From the IMG/VR virus record IMGVR_UViG_3300042520_000420, positions 1-62,749 of that record: a DNA stretch of 62,749 bases; one strand, given 5' to 3'. The DNA comes from a virus. Taxonomy: Duplodnaviria > Caudoviricetes. Below the pieces are notes generated by a model that was not told the origin of the DNA, ran no database searches, and saw nothing but the letters and a program-made list of their open reading frames with translations. Below are positions 18,085 to 26,819 of this stretch, one piece after another. Each line of letters opens with the position of its first letter. Within the stretch, counting starts at the first letter, position 1. A program made the translations under genes and the position numbers.

Positions 18085-18421
18085 TCTTTCCCTCCGGAAT
18101 CAGTTGCGTTTCAAGGTCTTGCTCCACTTGTTCGGCAAAAGACTTACCCGATGGGAATCTCATCTGCGCCCATTTGCTTGCGGCAACCACTGCAATAGAT
18201 CTTCGGATTCCATCGTTAAAGCCTGCTGTGTATTTGTCTCCAGCAGACAATCTACCGTTAAGGGCTTCCTTAACAATTTGAACCATTGGGACTTTCTTTT
18301 GTCTAGCAAATTTCTTTAGATTTGCGTAGGTTTTTAAATCCAGTCGAGCAAGAAATGGCTTGGTGTTAGAAGGGTTCACGGTTTGATCTCCACGCTTCGT
18401 ATTCTTTGAGCATGTCGTCAA
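18071..18421 (-). CDS. Ribbon-helix-helix-like DNA-binding protein (start uncertain)
   Basis: FLARLDLKTYANLKKFARQKKVPMVQIVKEAL. Confidence 0.5.
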   Translation of the reverse strand: MTTCSKNTKRGDQTVNPSNTKPFLARLDLKTYANLKKFARQKKVPMVQIVKEALNGRLSAGDKYTAGFNDGIRRSIAVVAASKWAQMRFPSGKSFAEQVEQDLETQLIPEGKNDSS

Positions 18422-18758
18422 AGATTTGTTTTGCTATCTCGTTCCCGTGCAGCTCTGTTCTTGATTCAATACCACAGCGTTTACACAACTCTTGTGCTGC
18501 GTAGTCTTCTGAATCGCCGCCTAGAAATTCTTGGAAGTCAAGGTTTCGGCAAAGAATGCCAGCCTGCTTGACTCTGTTGCTATAAGGAGTAGCCGACTCA
18601 TCGTCTTGTATTCTGACAATGGCGCAGGCATACCTTGCCCCAACAAAATCCCGCAGTAACTCCTCGGGGATCTCGTCAGGGTGGAGAGACAGGGTAAGGA
18701 TGTACCCTGTTCTGTCTTGCTTTAAAGCAACCTTTCGGGCTTCAAATTGCAGTGCCAT
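18366..18758 (-). CDS. Hypothetical phage protein
   Basis: CGIESRTEL motif; in operon. Confidence 0.6.
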   Translation of the reverse strand: MALQFEARKVALKQDRTGYILTLSLHPDEIPEELLRDFVGARYACAIVRIQDDESATPYSNRVKQAGILCRNLDFQEFLGGDSEDYAAQELCKRCGIESRTELHGNEIAKQIFDDMLKEYEAWRSNREPF

Positions 18759-19102
18759 CAGTCTTCCAAGTCCAGCTTGTGTTCTAGATAAGAGATGACA
18801 GCCTCGTAGCCCGTTATTTGATGAGCCAAATTTTCTAATTGAATCTCAAGAAACTCAATGCGTTTAAATGCCTTGACTAGCTCGTCACGAGCCACATTCT
18901 GCCCATTGGTTGGTGCTTTGTTTGGCGTTGAGTCTTCAGCAAGTGGAACGTATTTTTGCTTTACTTTTCTTTTGTGGTTGTGCAAAAAAACAGCCGCATA
19001 GCTTTTTTTAAAGCCAAGGCTGTCTATCAAATCCTGTGCCGTGGCATTGGGATTCTTTGCCAAAAAATCTCTACCCGCTTTTGCTAAATTTGTTGGTTTC
19101 AT
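18758..19102 (-). CDS. Hypothetical protein (HTH-like N-terminus, coiled-coil C-terminus)
   Basis: Sequence pattern and gene packing. Confidence 0.5.
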   Translation of the reverse strand: MKPTNLAKAGRDFLAKNPNATAQDLIDSLGFKKSYAAVFLHNHKRKVKQKYVPLAEDSTPNKAPTNGQNVARDELVKAFKRIEFLEIQLENLAHQITGYEAVISYLEHKLDLED

Positions 19103-19111
19103 GGTTGCCCC

Positions 19112-19393
19112 TCAAAATGGAATGTCATCATCGGAAATATCAGCCTTGGGTGGCTGTGCTTGCGCTTTTTCTTCCATGCGCTTGACAGAAAGAGAAAGGT
19201 AGGTGTTTCCATTCTTTGACTTCTTCTTCCATCCGCTGAGTTTGTATATGTGCATACCATTCTCAATAGTTACATTTGCCATATCCTTGGGGTTGATTAC
19301 CACCTCTCCCCAGTAGTCAGGAGATTTGTCTGACTTTTTAGATTGAGCCGCCATCAATCTGCCCGAATCGGGGCGTTGTTCAAATTCACTCAT
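19112..19393 (-). CDS. SSB-like / DUF736-like protein
   Basis: SPDYWG...LSGWKK...YLSLSV with an acidic DDDIPF tail; adjacent to Sak. Confidence 0.65.
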   Translation of the reverse strand: MSEFEQRPDSGRLMAAQSKKSDKSPDYWGEVVINPKDMANVTIENGMHIYKLSGWKKKSKNGNTYLSLSVKRMEEKAQAQPPKADISDDDIPF

Positions 19394-20052
19394 TTTGTTT
19401 CCTCTTCTGTAAATGATTTTTTCTTCTCTGCGAAGCTGTTGCGAACCTGAGCGTATAACTCAGGGTGACTTACTTTTAGCGCATCAAGCTGTCCTTGATT
19501 TGCTTTCCAGTAACTGTTTAAACCACTCTTGTCTTTGCAGATGGCAAGGAACTTGACCATTCCGTCTGCAAACAACTGGGCATTTCCATCTGCTTGGTTA
19601 TCGTTGCCGCCGTAATATTCTTTCTTGATCTCCACATCAGCTTGCGCCTCTTGCGTAACCACTGAAACAACTGCTGTATCTTCCATCGGAAGGTCATCTC
19701 CGCTATATATGTATAAACCGAGTCCGTGTAGAGCCAATGCCTTGGTCATGCAACGCATGATTGCAGTATTAACTTGGAACGCATCAGGAGATTGGATGGG
19801 CTTGTTGCGGTGATCCATCACTGGCAACATACATGTGCGCCCTTGATTGAACATAACAACAGATACCCACACCATACCAGTGCCGTTTACATCCATGTAT
19901 GGCTTCTCACCAAAGGTGTGTACTTGGAATGTTGCTTGGGGGTCGGCCTTTAAAGCTTCTGCCCATGCCCATGCCCATGACAGGTAGGTCAAGCCATTCT
20001 TCTTCTCGGTATGAGCGTTGACGTTGACTCTCAATAGATCAAGCGGCGACAT
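19390..20052 (-). CDS. sak: Sak/Rad52-like single-strand annealing protein (DUF1071)
   Basis: EKKNGLTYLSWAWAW...LPVMDHRN...NTAIMRCMTKALALHGLGLYIY; ATG at 20052 with GGAG RBS. Confidence 0.85.
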   Translation of the reverse strand: MSPLDLLRVNVNAHTEKKNGLTYLSWAWAWAEALKADPQATFQVHTFGEKPYMDVNGTGMVWVSVVMFNQGRTCMLPVMDHRNKPIQSPDAFQVNTAIMRCMTKALALHGLGLYIYSGDDLPMEDTAVVSVVTQEAQADVEIKKEYYGGNDNQADGNAQLFADGMVKFLAICKDKSGLNSYWKANQGQLDALKVSHPELYAQVRNSFAEKKKSFTEEETK

Positions 20053-20905
20053 TGATTTCTCCTTGGTATTGTTCGCACCACTGGGCGACTCCACAGAAGT
20101 TCCCTGTACATCGCTTGGGTTCGCCTTTTCTTGTTTCGACATATCCTTTTTCCTTTTCTGCCAACTCTGTGGCTTCCTCTATCGTTTTAAACACACGGAT
20201 CGCAGTCTTGCGACCCTCCCTCTTCACTGCATAGATGGTTTCTGACTGCCACCTTTCCTCATCGGAGCAGGGTTGCAACTCCTCTCCAAAATCATGTGCC
20301 ATCTTGGCGTTGCGGTGCATCTCCAACCGCTCTCTGATGTATGTCTCTGTGGTCACGGAGTCCCACATTGGAATATCAATGTTTACAATGTTGGCTATGG
20401 GATATCCATCCTTCTTTTCATGGCGACTAAAGTCCCTGATAAAGGCGCAGATCTTCAATCCACAGACCTTCTTGCGCTTGACTGTCTCAACCAACCATTT
20501 GTAGATGTTGAGTTGCTGAACCCACTCCTCTTTGTCCTGCATGACTGCCCACGCAGAAGTGAACTTCCAATCTGTAATGATGACCCCATCAGGGGTCTCT
20601 TGTTGAGCATCAATCTGCCCACTGATGGTGACTCCATCAACATCGTGGAACAGGCGCTCTTCCATCGTCCAGCCCTCGGTAGCGCCCCTCTCCATAACCA
20701 CATGTAGAGCAGAGCCAAGCAACTGCCACAACATGTCAGAGACATCCTGCTCAATCAAATCATCGTATTGTTCCCGCAACCGTCTGACTTTTGGTGGAGA
20801 CATTATCTCGGTAACACTGTACTGAGAAGCCCCTTTGCTGTAGTATTCACGGGATGCCAATGTCATAAGCGGCGCTGGTACATTGAATTTGTTTGTGATT
20901 TTCAT
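20039..20905 (-). CDS. PD-(D/E)XK exonuclease (RecB/Cas4-like)
   Basis: GSALH...ISGQID...ITDWKFT...QLNIY; C-terminal Cys cluster; adjacent to Sak. Confidence 0.75.
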   Translation of the reverse strand: MKITNKFNVPAPLMTLASREYYSKGASQYSVTEIMSPPKVRRLREQYDDLIEQDVSDMLWQLLGSALHVVMERGATEGWTMEERLFHDVDGVTISGQIDAQQETPDGVIITDWKFTSAWAVMQDKEEWVQQLNIYKWLVETVKRKKVCGLKICAFIRDFSRHEKKDGYPIANIVNIDIPMWDSVTTETYIRERLEMHRNAKMAHDFGEELQPCSDEERWQSETIYAVKREGRKTAIRVFKTIEEATELAEKEKGYVETRKGEPKRCTGNFCGVAQWCEQYQGEINVAA

Positions 20906-20924
20906 CTACTCTCCAAAGGTTGTT

Positions 20925-21368
20925 ATGAGTTCGAATTTGTATGATATCAATATCACGGAAGAATTGCAACAGATATCTTTAATTATTTTTGGGGAGCCTG
21001 CAAGCAAGGCCAACTCAAGGAGGGTTGTGAAGTTTGGCAACATGTCCAGACTCATCAAATCGCAGAAAGCCCTGAATTACTCAGAGGCGTTTAAACGGCA
21101 ATGCACACCTCTGGCGGTGTTGATGTCTGGGGATATCCGTATGACTATGTGGATCTATTACGCCAGCCGCAGGCCTGACCTAGACGAGTCTTTGATTCTG
21201 GATCTGCTGCAAGGGGTGGTGTATTTAAACGATAGGCAAGTGAAGGAGAGGCATGTGTACTGGGGGCTGGATCCTGAGAAGCCAAGGGCAGAGATAATCA
21301 TTGAGCAAATCCCACCCGTTTACACCAAAAAGAAGCCCGCACGGAGGCGGGCTAAAGAGGGAGAGTGA
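20925..21368 (+). CDS. rusA: RusA-family Holliday junction resolvase (start uncertain)
   Basis: GEPASKANSRR...RRPDLD...ILDLLQGVVYLNDRQV. Confidence 0.8.
   Translation: MSSNLYDINITEELQQISLIIFGEPASKANSRRVVKFGNMSRLIKSQKALNYSEAFKRQCTPLAVLMSGDIRMTMWIYYASRRPDLDESLILDLLQGVVYLNDRQVKERHVYWGLDPEKPRAEIIIEQIPPVYTKKKPARRRAKEGE
20941..20969 (-). promoter_or_regulatory. Sigma70-like promoter for the recombination/accessory operon
   Basis: Minus-strand TTGCAA-N17-TATCAT, 35 bp upstream of the exonuclease start. Confidence 0.55.
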
Positions 21369-21433
21369 CAACTGCTTGTCGGGGTTAATTGTACGTCATG
21401 TACAAAAAACCCACAAATTTATACATGACCCGC

Positions 21434-21461
21434 TTGACACATATAAAAAATGTGATAGAGT
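21434..21461 (+). promoter_or_regulatory. Sigma70-like promoter
   Basis: TTGACA-N16-TAGAGT with an extended -10 TG. Confidence 0.6.
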
Positions 21462-21466
21462 TTGCT

Positions 21467-21860
21467 CCGTTGGATGTGAGAAACCCAGCAGGCAAGCCGT
21501 TAGATCTGATCCCGACCCCGCATGGGGTGTCAAATGTCCACAAGACAATTTGGTTTCTCACCGGGGTCAGTTCTAACGGCTTTTTTGTTGCCCATTTCAC
21601 TTCAGCCGGACTCCATCCGTAACAAGAGTTCAGCCTGACTGCGTGGAAGAAAAGGGCTACACGGTACGACTTACGTCTAGGGGGCAGTTCCCGAACAATC
21701 CGTGCGACTGGTCGAATCATCAAGTCGAGGGGTCTTGGCTTACGCCAAGCATGATGATGCCGTAAGGCGGGTGAACCTCCTCTCCTACTCCTTTGTTCGC
21801 ACTGGGGTAGGGGGGTCTTTGGGGTGAATTTATCAACAAGCCCCGCAAAGGGGCGTTAAT
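21467..21860 (+). ncRNA. Candidate structured leader/ncRNA upstream of the replication operon
   Basis: Crossing complementary pairs 21476-85/21552-61 and 21494-514/21562-82 followed by T6; several tetraloop hairpins downstream; no credible ORF. Confidence 0.55.
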
Positions 21861-21867
21861 ACAGGGG

Positions 21868-22086
21868 GTGACGATGAAAGAAGAGATAACCAAGCTTTGC
21901 ATGGAAAGCTATGACCAAGGAGTTAAGGATGCAATGGATTCAATACTGATGACCATTGAAGCTTTGTACGATTCAGAAGATCCAACGCCGATGTATCAAA
22001 CAGGATACAACCATGCGCTTAGTCACATAGAAGAATTTATTAAACATCGGGGGAGTAAAAATGAGAATTTATCTAATAGCAAGTAA
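21868..22086 (+). CDS. Hypothetical protein
   Basis: First ORF after the structured leader. Confidence 0.5.
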   Translation: MTMKEEITKLCMESYDQGVKDAMDSILMTIEALYDSEDPTPMYQTGYNHALSHIEEFIKHRGSKNENLSNSK

Positions 22087-22258
22087 CAAGGGGATCCGGC
22101 TTGTCAGGGCTAATCACAGGGCGCAGGCATTGTCCTACGTTGCCTCTCAAGAATTAACTGTTCGTGTCGCCACACAGGATGATTTGGTAAAGTATTTGTC
22201 TGAGGGCAACTCTGTTGAAACGGCTATCCCGCCCAATCAGGGAAAGCTGGATTTGTGA
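22061..22258 (+). CDS. Small hypothetical phage protein
   Basis: RLVRANHRAQALSYVA...VATQDDLV; GGAG RBS. Confidence 0.65.
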   Translation: MRIYLIASNKGIRLVRANHRAQALSYVASQELTVRVATQDDLVKYLSEGNSVETAIPPNQGKLDL

Positions 22259-22695
22259 GGAAGCCGTTCAGTCAAGACATGCATACTGAATATGATGGGG
22301 TTGGTAAATCCCGTGTTGCGGAGCATTTCAAAATCGCATATGGTATTGACTTGGTTGAGCATGAAGACAAATACGCAGTGGATCTTGTTGCGTATAAAGA
22401 TGGAAAGAAATTGGGATATGTAGAGGTTGAGGTGAGGGACTCATGGTCTAGGGATGAGTTTCCATTTGACTCTCTGCATATTCCAGAAAGGAAAGAAAAG
22501 CTTTTAAACAATGACATGAGAACCTATCTTGTGTCTGTTAACAAGCTTGGCACAAAGGCATTCATCTGCGATGCCAATGTGATTTTGAATTCACCCCGCA
22601 TGGAAAAGAACAACAAGTATGTTGAGCATGGCGAGTTGTTCTTCCTTGTTGACCCGTCACGGATAAAGCTGGTAAATCTGAGGAGAGAGAAATGA
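22255..22695 (+). CDS. Putative PD-(D/E)XK-type endonuclease
   Basis: YAVDL...YVEVEVR motif. Confidence 0.5.
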   Translation: MRKPFSQDMHTEYDGVGKSRVAEHFKIAYGIDLVEHEDKYAVDLVAYKDGKKLGYVEVEVRDSWSRDEFPFDSLHIPERKEKLLNNDMRTYLVSVNKLGTKAFICDANVILNSPRMEKNNKYVEHGELFFLVDPSRIKLVNLRREK

Positions 22696-22931
22696 GAGAC
22701 TACAAAAAAGAATATGAAAACTACCAAGGCAAGCCCGAACAAATTAAGAACAGGGCAGAACGAAATGCCGCTCGTGCCAAGTTAAAGAAAAAGGGCGCTC
22801 CAATTGCAGGCAAGGATGTCGCCCATGTCAAAGCGTTATCCAAAGGCGGGACAAACAAGGACGGCGTGAAGATCCAGACGGCAGCCCAGAACCGAAGCTT
22901 TAAACGCAAATCAGACGGCAGCATGAAATGA
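22692..22931 (+). CDS. HNH-like small basic protein
   Basis: RDYKKEY...GKDVAHVKALSKGGTN...NRS (His-Me finger variant). Confidence 0.6.
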   Translation: MRDYKKEYENYQGKPEQIKNRAERNAARAKLKKKGAPIAGKDVAHVKALSKGGTNKDGVKIQTAAQNRSFKRKSDGSMK

Positions 22932-24619
22932 CTCCCGACTTTGTCGATCAATTTCATTTCAACGAATCAACACGGGTAGCCTGCCCTGACTGCTCACCCG
23001 AACGCAGAAAACAAAATTCAAAAGATATGACACTGACCCGTAGACCTGACGGGGCGGTCGTTTATCACTGCCATCACTGCTTCACAAGCGGATCAATACA
23101 ACCACACAAGGAGAGAAAATTGTCTGTCGTTCCCGCACAAACTATCATCAACAACAAACTTCAGCCACATCATTACGCATGGTTGGCTGGTCGAGGAATC
23201 TCCCAGCAGACAGCCGACAAGATGAAGCTCTTTGCTTCTGACAAATATTTTGGTCGTTTAAACAAAACAGCAGACGCAATTGGATTCCCGTACTACCGTA
23301 ATGGGGCTCTCGTATCAGCAAAGTATCGAAGCTTTCCTGAGAAAGACTTTACACAAGAGGCAGGCGGGGCGCATGATTTCTTTGGCATTGATCAGGTGGA
23401 GAAAGGCAAACCCTTAATCATTGTTGAGGGTGAGATAGATTGCCTAACGCTGATGGAGGCAGGGATTGGCAATGTCGTATCAGTTCCAAGCGGCGCACCC
23501 ATCAAAGTGGCAGATGGCAAGGTATCGGCAACGGAAGACAAGAAGTTTGCTTATGTATGGAATGCTCGGGACATCATTGATGCCGCACCTTATGTAATCC
23601 TTGCAACTGACCAAGACACAGCAGGGCAGGCTCTTGCCGAAGAGTTAGCCAGACGCATAGGAAAAGAAAAGTGCCGGGTGGCTAAGTTCGATAAGAAGGA
23701 TTTAAACGAGGTGTTTCTCGATGATGACCCCACACGGACTGGGGAGGAGGCGATCCAAGAGATACTTGACTCGGCGGTGGCGTACCCGATTGCAGGCTTG
23801 AGCGATGCGACAACCTACCAAGATCGTTTAAACGACTTGTATGCGAAGGGTACGGGCAAAGGCTTTAGCACGGGCTACGCCTCCGTTGATAGCGTTTACA
23901 CGGTAGCGCCTGCCCAGTTGACGGTGGTCACAGGATATCCAAGTTCGGGTAAGTCCAACTTTGTTGATCAGGTCATGGTCAACCTTGCGAGGGGCGCTGA
24001 TTGGAAGTTTGCCATATGCTCGTTTGAAAACCAGCCCGAGATCCACATAAGCAGACTCATGGAAATCTACACAAAGAAACGATTCTTTGATGGGCGAGAC
24101 AGGATGACCGATGCCGACAAGGAGAGGGCGTTTAAATTCGTTAACGATCATTTTCTTTTCATCGACACCAATGGCGAAGAACCCAGCACTCTTGAGTCAA
24201 TCCTAGATCGGGCGAGGGTAGCGGTTAAACGCATGGGTGTAAGGGGCTTGGTCATCGACCCCTACAACTACATTGAGTTGGACAAATCAAATAGCACAGA
24301 GACCGAGGCGATCAGCAATATGCTGACCAAGGTGCAGAAGTTTTGTAAAGCACACGATGTACACACATGGTTTATCGCTCACCCATCAAAGATAAATCGG
24401 TCAGGTGTGGAGCAACCACGCCCCGATGGTATGTCGATCAGCGGATCAATGGCATGGTGGGCTAAGACCGACTGCGGCGTGACCGTTCACAGAAAAGATG
24501 ACTACGTTGAAATCGCAGTATGGAAATCAAGGTATCGCTGGGTTGGAACACAAGGCGAAACGACCCTGCTCTATAACAAGACCAGCGGCACATACGAAGA
24601 GAACCTCGACAAGTTCTAA
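22928..24619 (+). CDS. Primase-helicase (T7 gp4/Twinkle type)
   Basis: Zn finger CPDC...CHHC; TOPRIM IVEGEID and ATDQD; Walker A GYPSSGKS; IDPYN; IAHP. Confidence 0.92.
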   Translation: MTPDFVDQFHFNESTRVACPDCSPERRKQNSKDMTLTRRPDGAVVYHCHHCFTSGSIQPHKERKLSVVPAQTIINNKLQPHHYAWLAGRGISQQTADKMKLFASDKYFGRLNKTADAIGFPYYRNGALVSAKYRSFPEKDFTQEAGGAHDFFGIDQVEKGKPLIIVEGEIDCLTLMEAGIGNVVSVPSGAPIKVADGKVSATEDKKFAYVWNARDIIDAAPYVILATDQDTAGQALAEELARRIGKEKCRVAKFDKKDLNEVFLDDDPTRTGEEAIQEILDSAVAYPIAGLSDATTYQDRLNDLYAKGTGKGFSTGYASVDSVYTVAPAQLTVVTGYPSSGKSNFVDQVMVNLARGADWKFAICSFENQPEIHISRLMEIYTKKRFFDGRDRMTDADKERAFKFVNDHFLFIDTNGEEPSTLESILDRARVAVKRMGVRGLVIDPYNYIELDKSNSTETEAISNMLTKVQKFCKAHDVHTWFIAHPSKINRSGVEQPRPDGMSISGSMAWWAKTDCGVTVHRKDDYVEIAVWKSRYRWVGTQGETTLLYNKTSGTYEENLDKF

Positions 24620-24620
24620 T

Positions 24621-24833
24621 CGTTTAAACAAAGCGATGCAGCCAGACGGGAAAAATCTGGCGAGCAGCGGGCTCGCTAGTAATGACCCGTTTAAACACAA
24701 CAGCAGCGTAGCGGCGTAGCATTTAAAATCAGAGAGTAAATTTGGTGGTAGGGAAACGTTTAAACACACAAGCTCATCTGGTGAGCTTCAGGTGGAGTTC
24801 GAGGCGCATAAGAAATCTTATGCACGTTTAAAC
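24621..24833. repeat. Four CGTTTAAAC units at 67-69 bp spacing with hairpin-containing spacers
   Basis: GTTTAAAC at 24622, 24689, 24758 and 24826. Confidence 0.8.
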
Positions 24834-24847
24834 GGTATGCACAAGAC

Positions 24848-24874
24848 AAAAAAATACCCAGCACGAGGCTGGGT
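24848..24874 (-). terminator. Intrinsic terminator of the minus-strand operon
   Basis: ACCCAGC-ACGAG-GCTGGGT stem with a T-tract on the minus strand, just after stop 24881. Confidence 0.6.
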
Positions 24875-24880
24875 TGGCGC

Positions 24881-25120
24881 TCACATATGAGCATGGAAGA
24901 CTGCTCGGGTTAGCTTGTCATAGCGCCCCACAATCCTACGTTGTCGGTCTTTATCCATCCGATACAACTCCCATATTCCAGCGGCATACCGAATGAATTT
25001 CTCATTGGTCTTGATGAATCGCTCGTCATTCTGAAGATCGATAAGGTTGTCATGCTTGTATGCAGTTTTGAGGAATATGGGATCACGGTTAGTTATGGTC
25101 TTGATTGGGCTCATCACCAA
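24881..25120 (-). CDS. Hypothetical protein
   Basis: Last ORF of the minus-strand operon. Confidence 0.5.
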   Translation of the reverse strand: MVMSPIKTITNRDPIFLKTAYKHDNLIDLQNDERFIKTNEKFIRYAAGIWELYRMDKDRQRRIVGRYDKLTRAVFHAHM

Positions 25121-25391
25121 TAAACAATTCAGCGTCCTTGACTGGGATTGCCTTATCGAACACTATCTGTCCAAAGTAATAATGCCCCAGTGCGGCATCG
25201 AGGACATCCCAGTTGATGCCCACCTCTGCATCATGTTTGTCAGCCATGATCTTCAAGACGTTTAAACAATCATTGTCGGTCATGGTGCTTTGATCTGCGC
25301 CCGACTCTTCCATGTACTGGCGTACATCTTCAATGCACCACTCGACACGCAACACCCATTCACCCTCGTTGTTTTGAATTACTTGTGCCAT
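25089..25391 (-). CDS. Hypothetical phage protein
   Basis: WCIEDV...HDAEVGINWDVL motif. Confidence 0.65.
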   Translation of the reverse strand: MAQVIQNNEGEWVLRVEWCIEDVRQYMEESGADQSTMTDNDCLNVLKIMADKHDAEVGINWDVLDAALGHYYFGQIVFDKAIPVKDAELFIGDEPNQDHN

Positions 25392-25558
25392 TATTCAATC
25401 TCCTCTACGTCAACAATTCTCCAGTCACCACTGTCGGCGCTGGTAAAGTTTCCACCGTCCATGCTCCTAGCCAACTCGTAAGCTTGGTCTTTATCTTCTG
25501 CCTCAATCTCGACAAAGCAGGTCTTGGTGTAGTAAGCGGTGATATTATATTTTTTCAT
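25391..25558 (-). CDS. DpnD/PcfM-like small protein (not in the ORF track)
   Basis: MKKYNITAYYTKTCFVEIEAEDKDQAYELA. Confidence 0.5.
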   Translation of the reverse strand: MKKYNITAYYTKTCFVEIEAEDKDQAYELARSMDGGNFTSADSGDWRIVDVEEIE

Positions 25559-25693
25559 CAGTCATCTCCTCTTCCAAATCATCATCGCTGACCTCGTCAA
25601 CCATAATTGATATTACTCGTAAGCCCTCAAAGATTTCGACAACCTCAAAGTCGATACCCGCCTTGTCCAGTGCTTCATACAGTTCATCTGCAG

Positions 25694-25945
25694 TCATTCT
25701 GATTCTCCATTATCTTCACCGTGCGCATTGAATTTATGCGGCACGTTGGTCTCTGACAATACCAAGCCATTGCAATCAAATACAGTGACGGTAAACCATT
25801 CTTCCATTTGACGTATGCACACATACCCGCCATCCTTTGTCACCTCATGGTAGGCTTTGTCGTATACGTCAAAGTTGACAACAACTGAGTCATCATCAAG
25901 TCGATCTGTGTTCATCAAAATTACTTCATGGTCTTGCAGTTTCAT
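25694..25945 (-). CDS. Hypothetical protein
   Basis: GGAG RBS; in operon. Confidence 0.55.
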   Translation of the reverse strand: MKLQDHEVILMNTDRLDDDSVVVNFDVYDKAYHEVTKDGGYVCIRQMEEWFTVTVFDCNGLVLSETNVPHKFNAHGEDNGESE

Positions 25946-26246
25946 TTTCTCTCTCCTTTGTGTTTAAACGTTTATCCAGTCGAATGGATTCTTTGTGTGC
26001 GGCGGCAAGTGCAAGTTCAATGGTTGTATGCGCCGAGAGGTTGACCCACCCCACATTGCGCTTGCGAACAAGCGAAACGATATAGGGGCGTTTGCGATCA
26101 ACATCGACCCATCTACTCAAATTACGCCATGACTGATGTCTGATGTAAATAAAGTCACCGTGCTTGAGGCACTCAAGCCAAGGCGTGGTCACCAGTGAAT
26201 CTTGGAGTGCGCCTGTCGGCATACCCTCACCTAAAAATATCTTCAT
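25926..26246 (-). CDS. Hypothetical protein
   Basis: ATG at 26246 after AGGAG. Confidence 0.5.
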   Translation of the reverse strand: MKIFLGEGMPTGALQDSLVTTPWLECLKHGDFIYIRHQSWRNLSRWVDVDRKRPYIVSLVRKRNVGWVNLSAHTTIELALAAAHKESIRLDKRLNTKERENETARP

Positions 26247-26268
26247 GTTGTCTCTCCTGTTTAAACGG

Positions 26269-26493
26269 TTAATGAATCTCGTCACTTGATGGACGAGTGA
26301 ATTGCTCAAAGTCATATGTCAGCGCACATGACTTGAGGTAGTCCTCTGCCCCGATCTTTGCATCCAATGCAAGATTAGCGGCGACCTTTAGCAGAATCGG
26401 CACAAGCACCTCTGCTGAGAGTTCAACCATGTCGCAACCATCGATCACGGCACGGTAGAACGCTCCAGCACGTTTGACTTCATCTTCATTCAT
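26269..26493 (-). CDS. Hypothetical protein
   Basis: In-operon ORF. Confidence 0.5.
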   Translation of the reverse strand: MNEDEVKRAGAFYRAVIDGCDMVELSAEVLVPILLKVAANLALDAKIGAEDYLKSCALTYDFEQFTRPSSDEIH

Positions 26494-26803
26494 TGGGCAG
26501 GCTCATTCGATTGAAGACGTAGTCAATACCCCTCTTGGCATTGGCATCAAGCCCATGCTTTTTTATGTCCTCAAGCACCATGTACATATCGGGGGCGATG
26601 GCGATCAATTTGGCATTCGCCTGCTGGGTGAGCAGGCTCGACACGTTGCTGGAGCAGTTGGCGACCAGCACCTCACCCTTGGTTGTCTTTGCCCATACGG
26701 TGTTGCCCTTGAGACCAGTACCAAGCTTGCGCTCCCAAAAACCAGCGGTAGTGTGCTTGAACGTGTTGTTGTGGTGCAGTAAGCCAACTATCATGTTTTT
26801 CAT
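26486..26803 (-). CDS. Hypothetical phage protein
   Basis: ANAKLIAIAPDM motif (NARLIAAAP-like family). Confidence 0.6.
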   Translation of the reverse strand: MKNMIVGLLHHNNTFKHTTAGFWERKLGTGLKGNTVWAKTTKGEVLVANCSSNVSSLLTQQANAKLIAIAPDMYMVLEDIKKHGLDANAKRGIDYVFNRMSLPNE

Positions 26804-26819
26804 AAAAGTGTTCTCCATT

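Noticed and set aside
20039-20905. Cas4 as evidence of a CRISPR system
   Set aside because: Its context beside Sak and an SSB-like gene indicates a recombination exonuclease.
21301-21902. Short track ORFs across the rusA-21868 interval
   Set aside because: They overlap each other, lack clear RBSs and motifs, and coincide with a promoter and RNA-like structure.
24621-24833. Mini CRISPR array
   Set aside because: The repeat is only about 9 bp, the spacers are about 59 bp, and there are no cas genes. Kept as a non-CRISPR periodic array.
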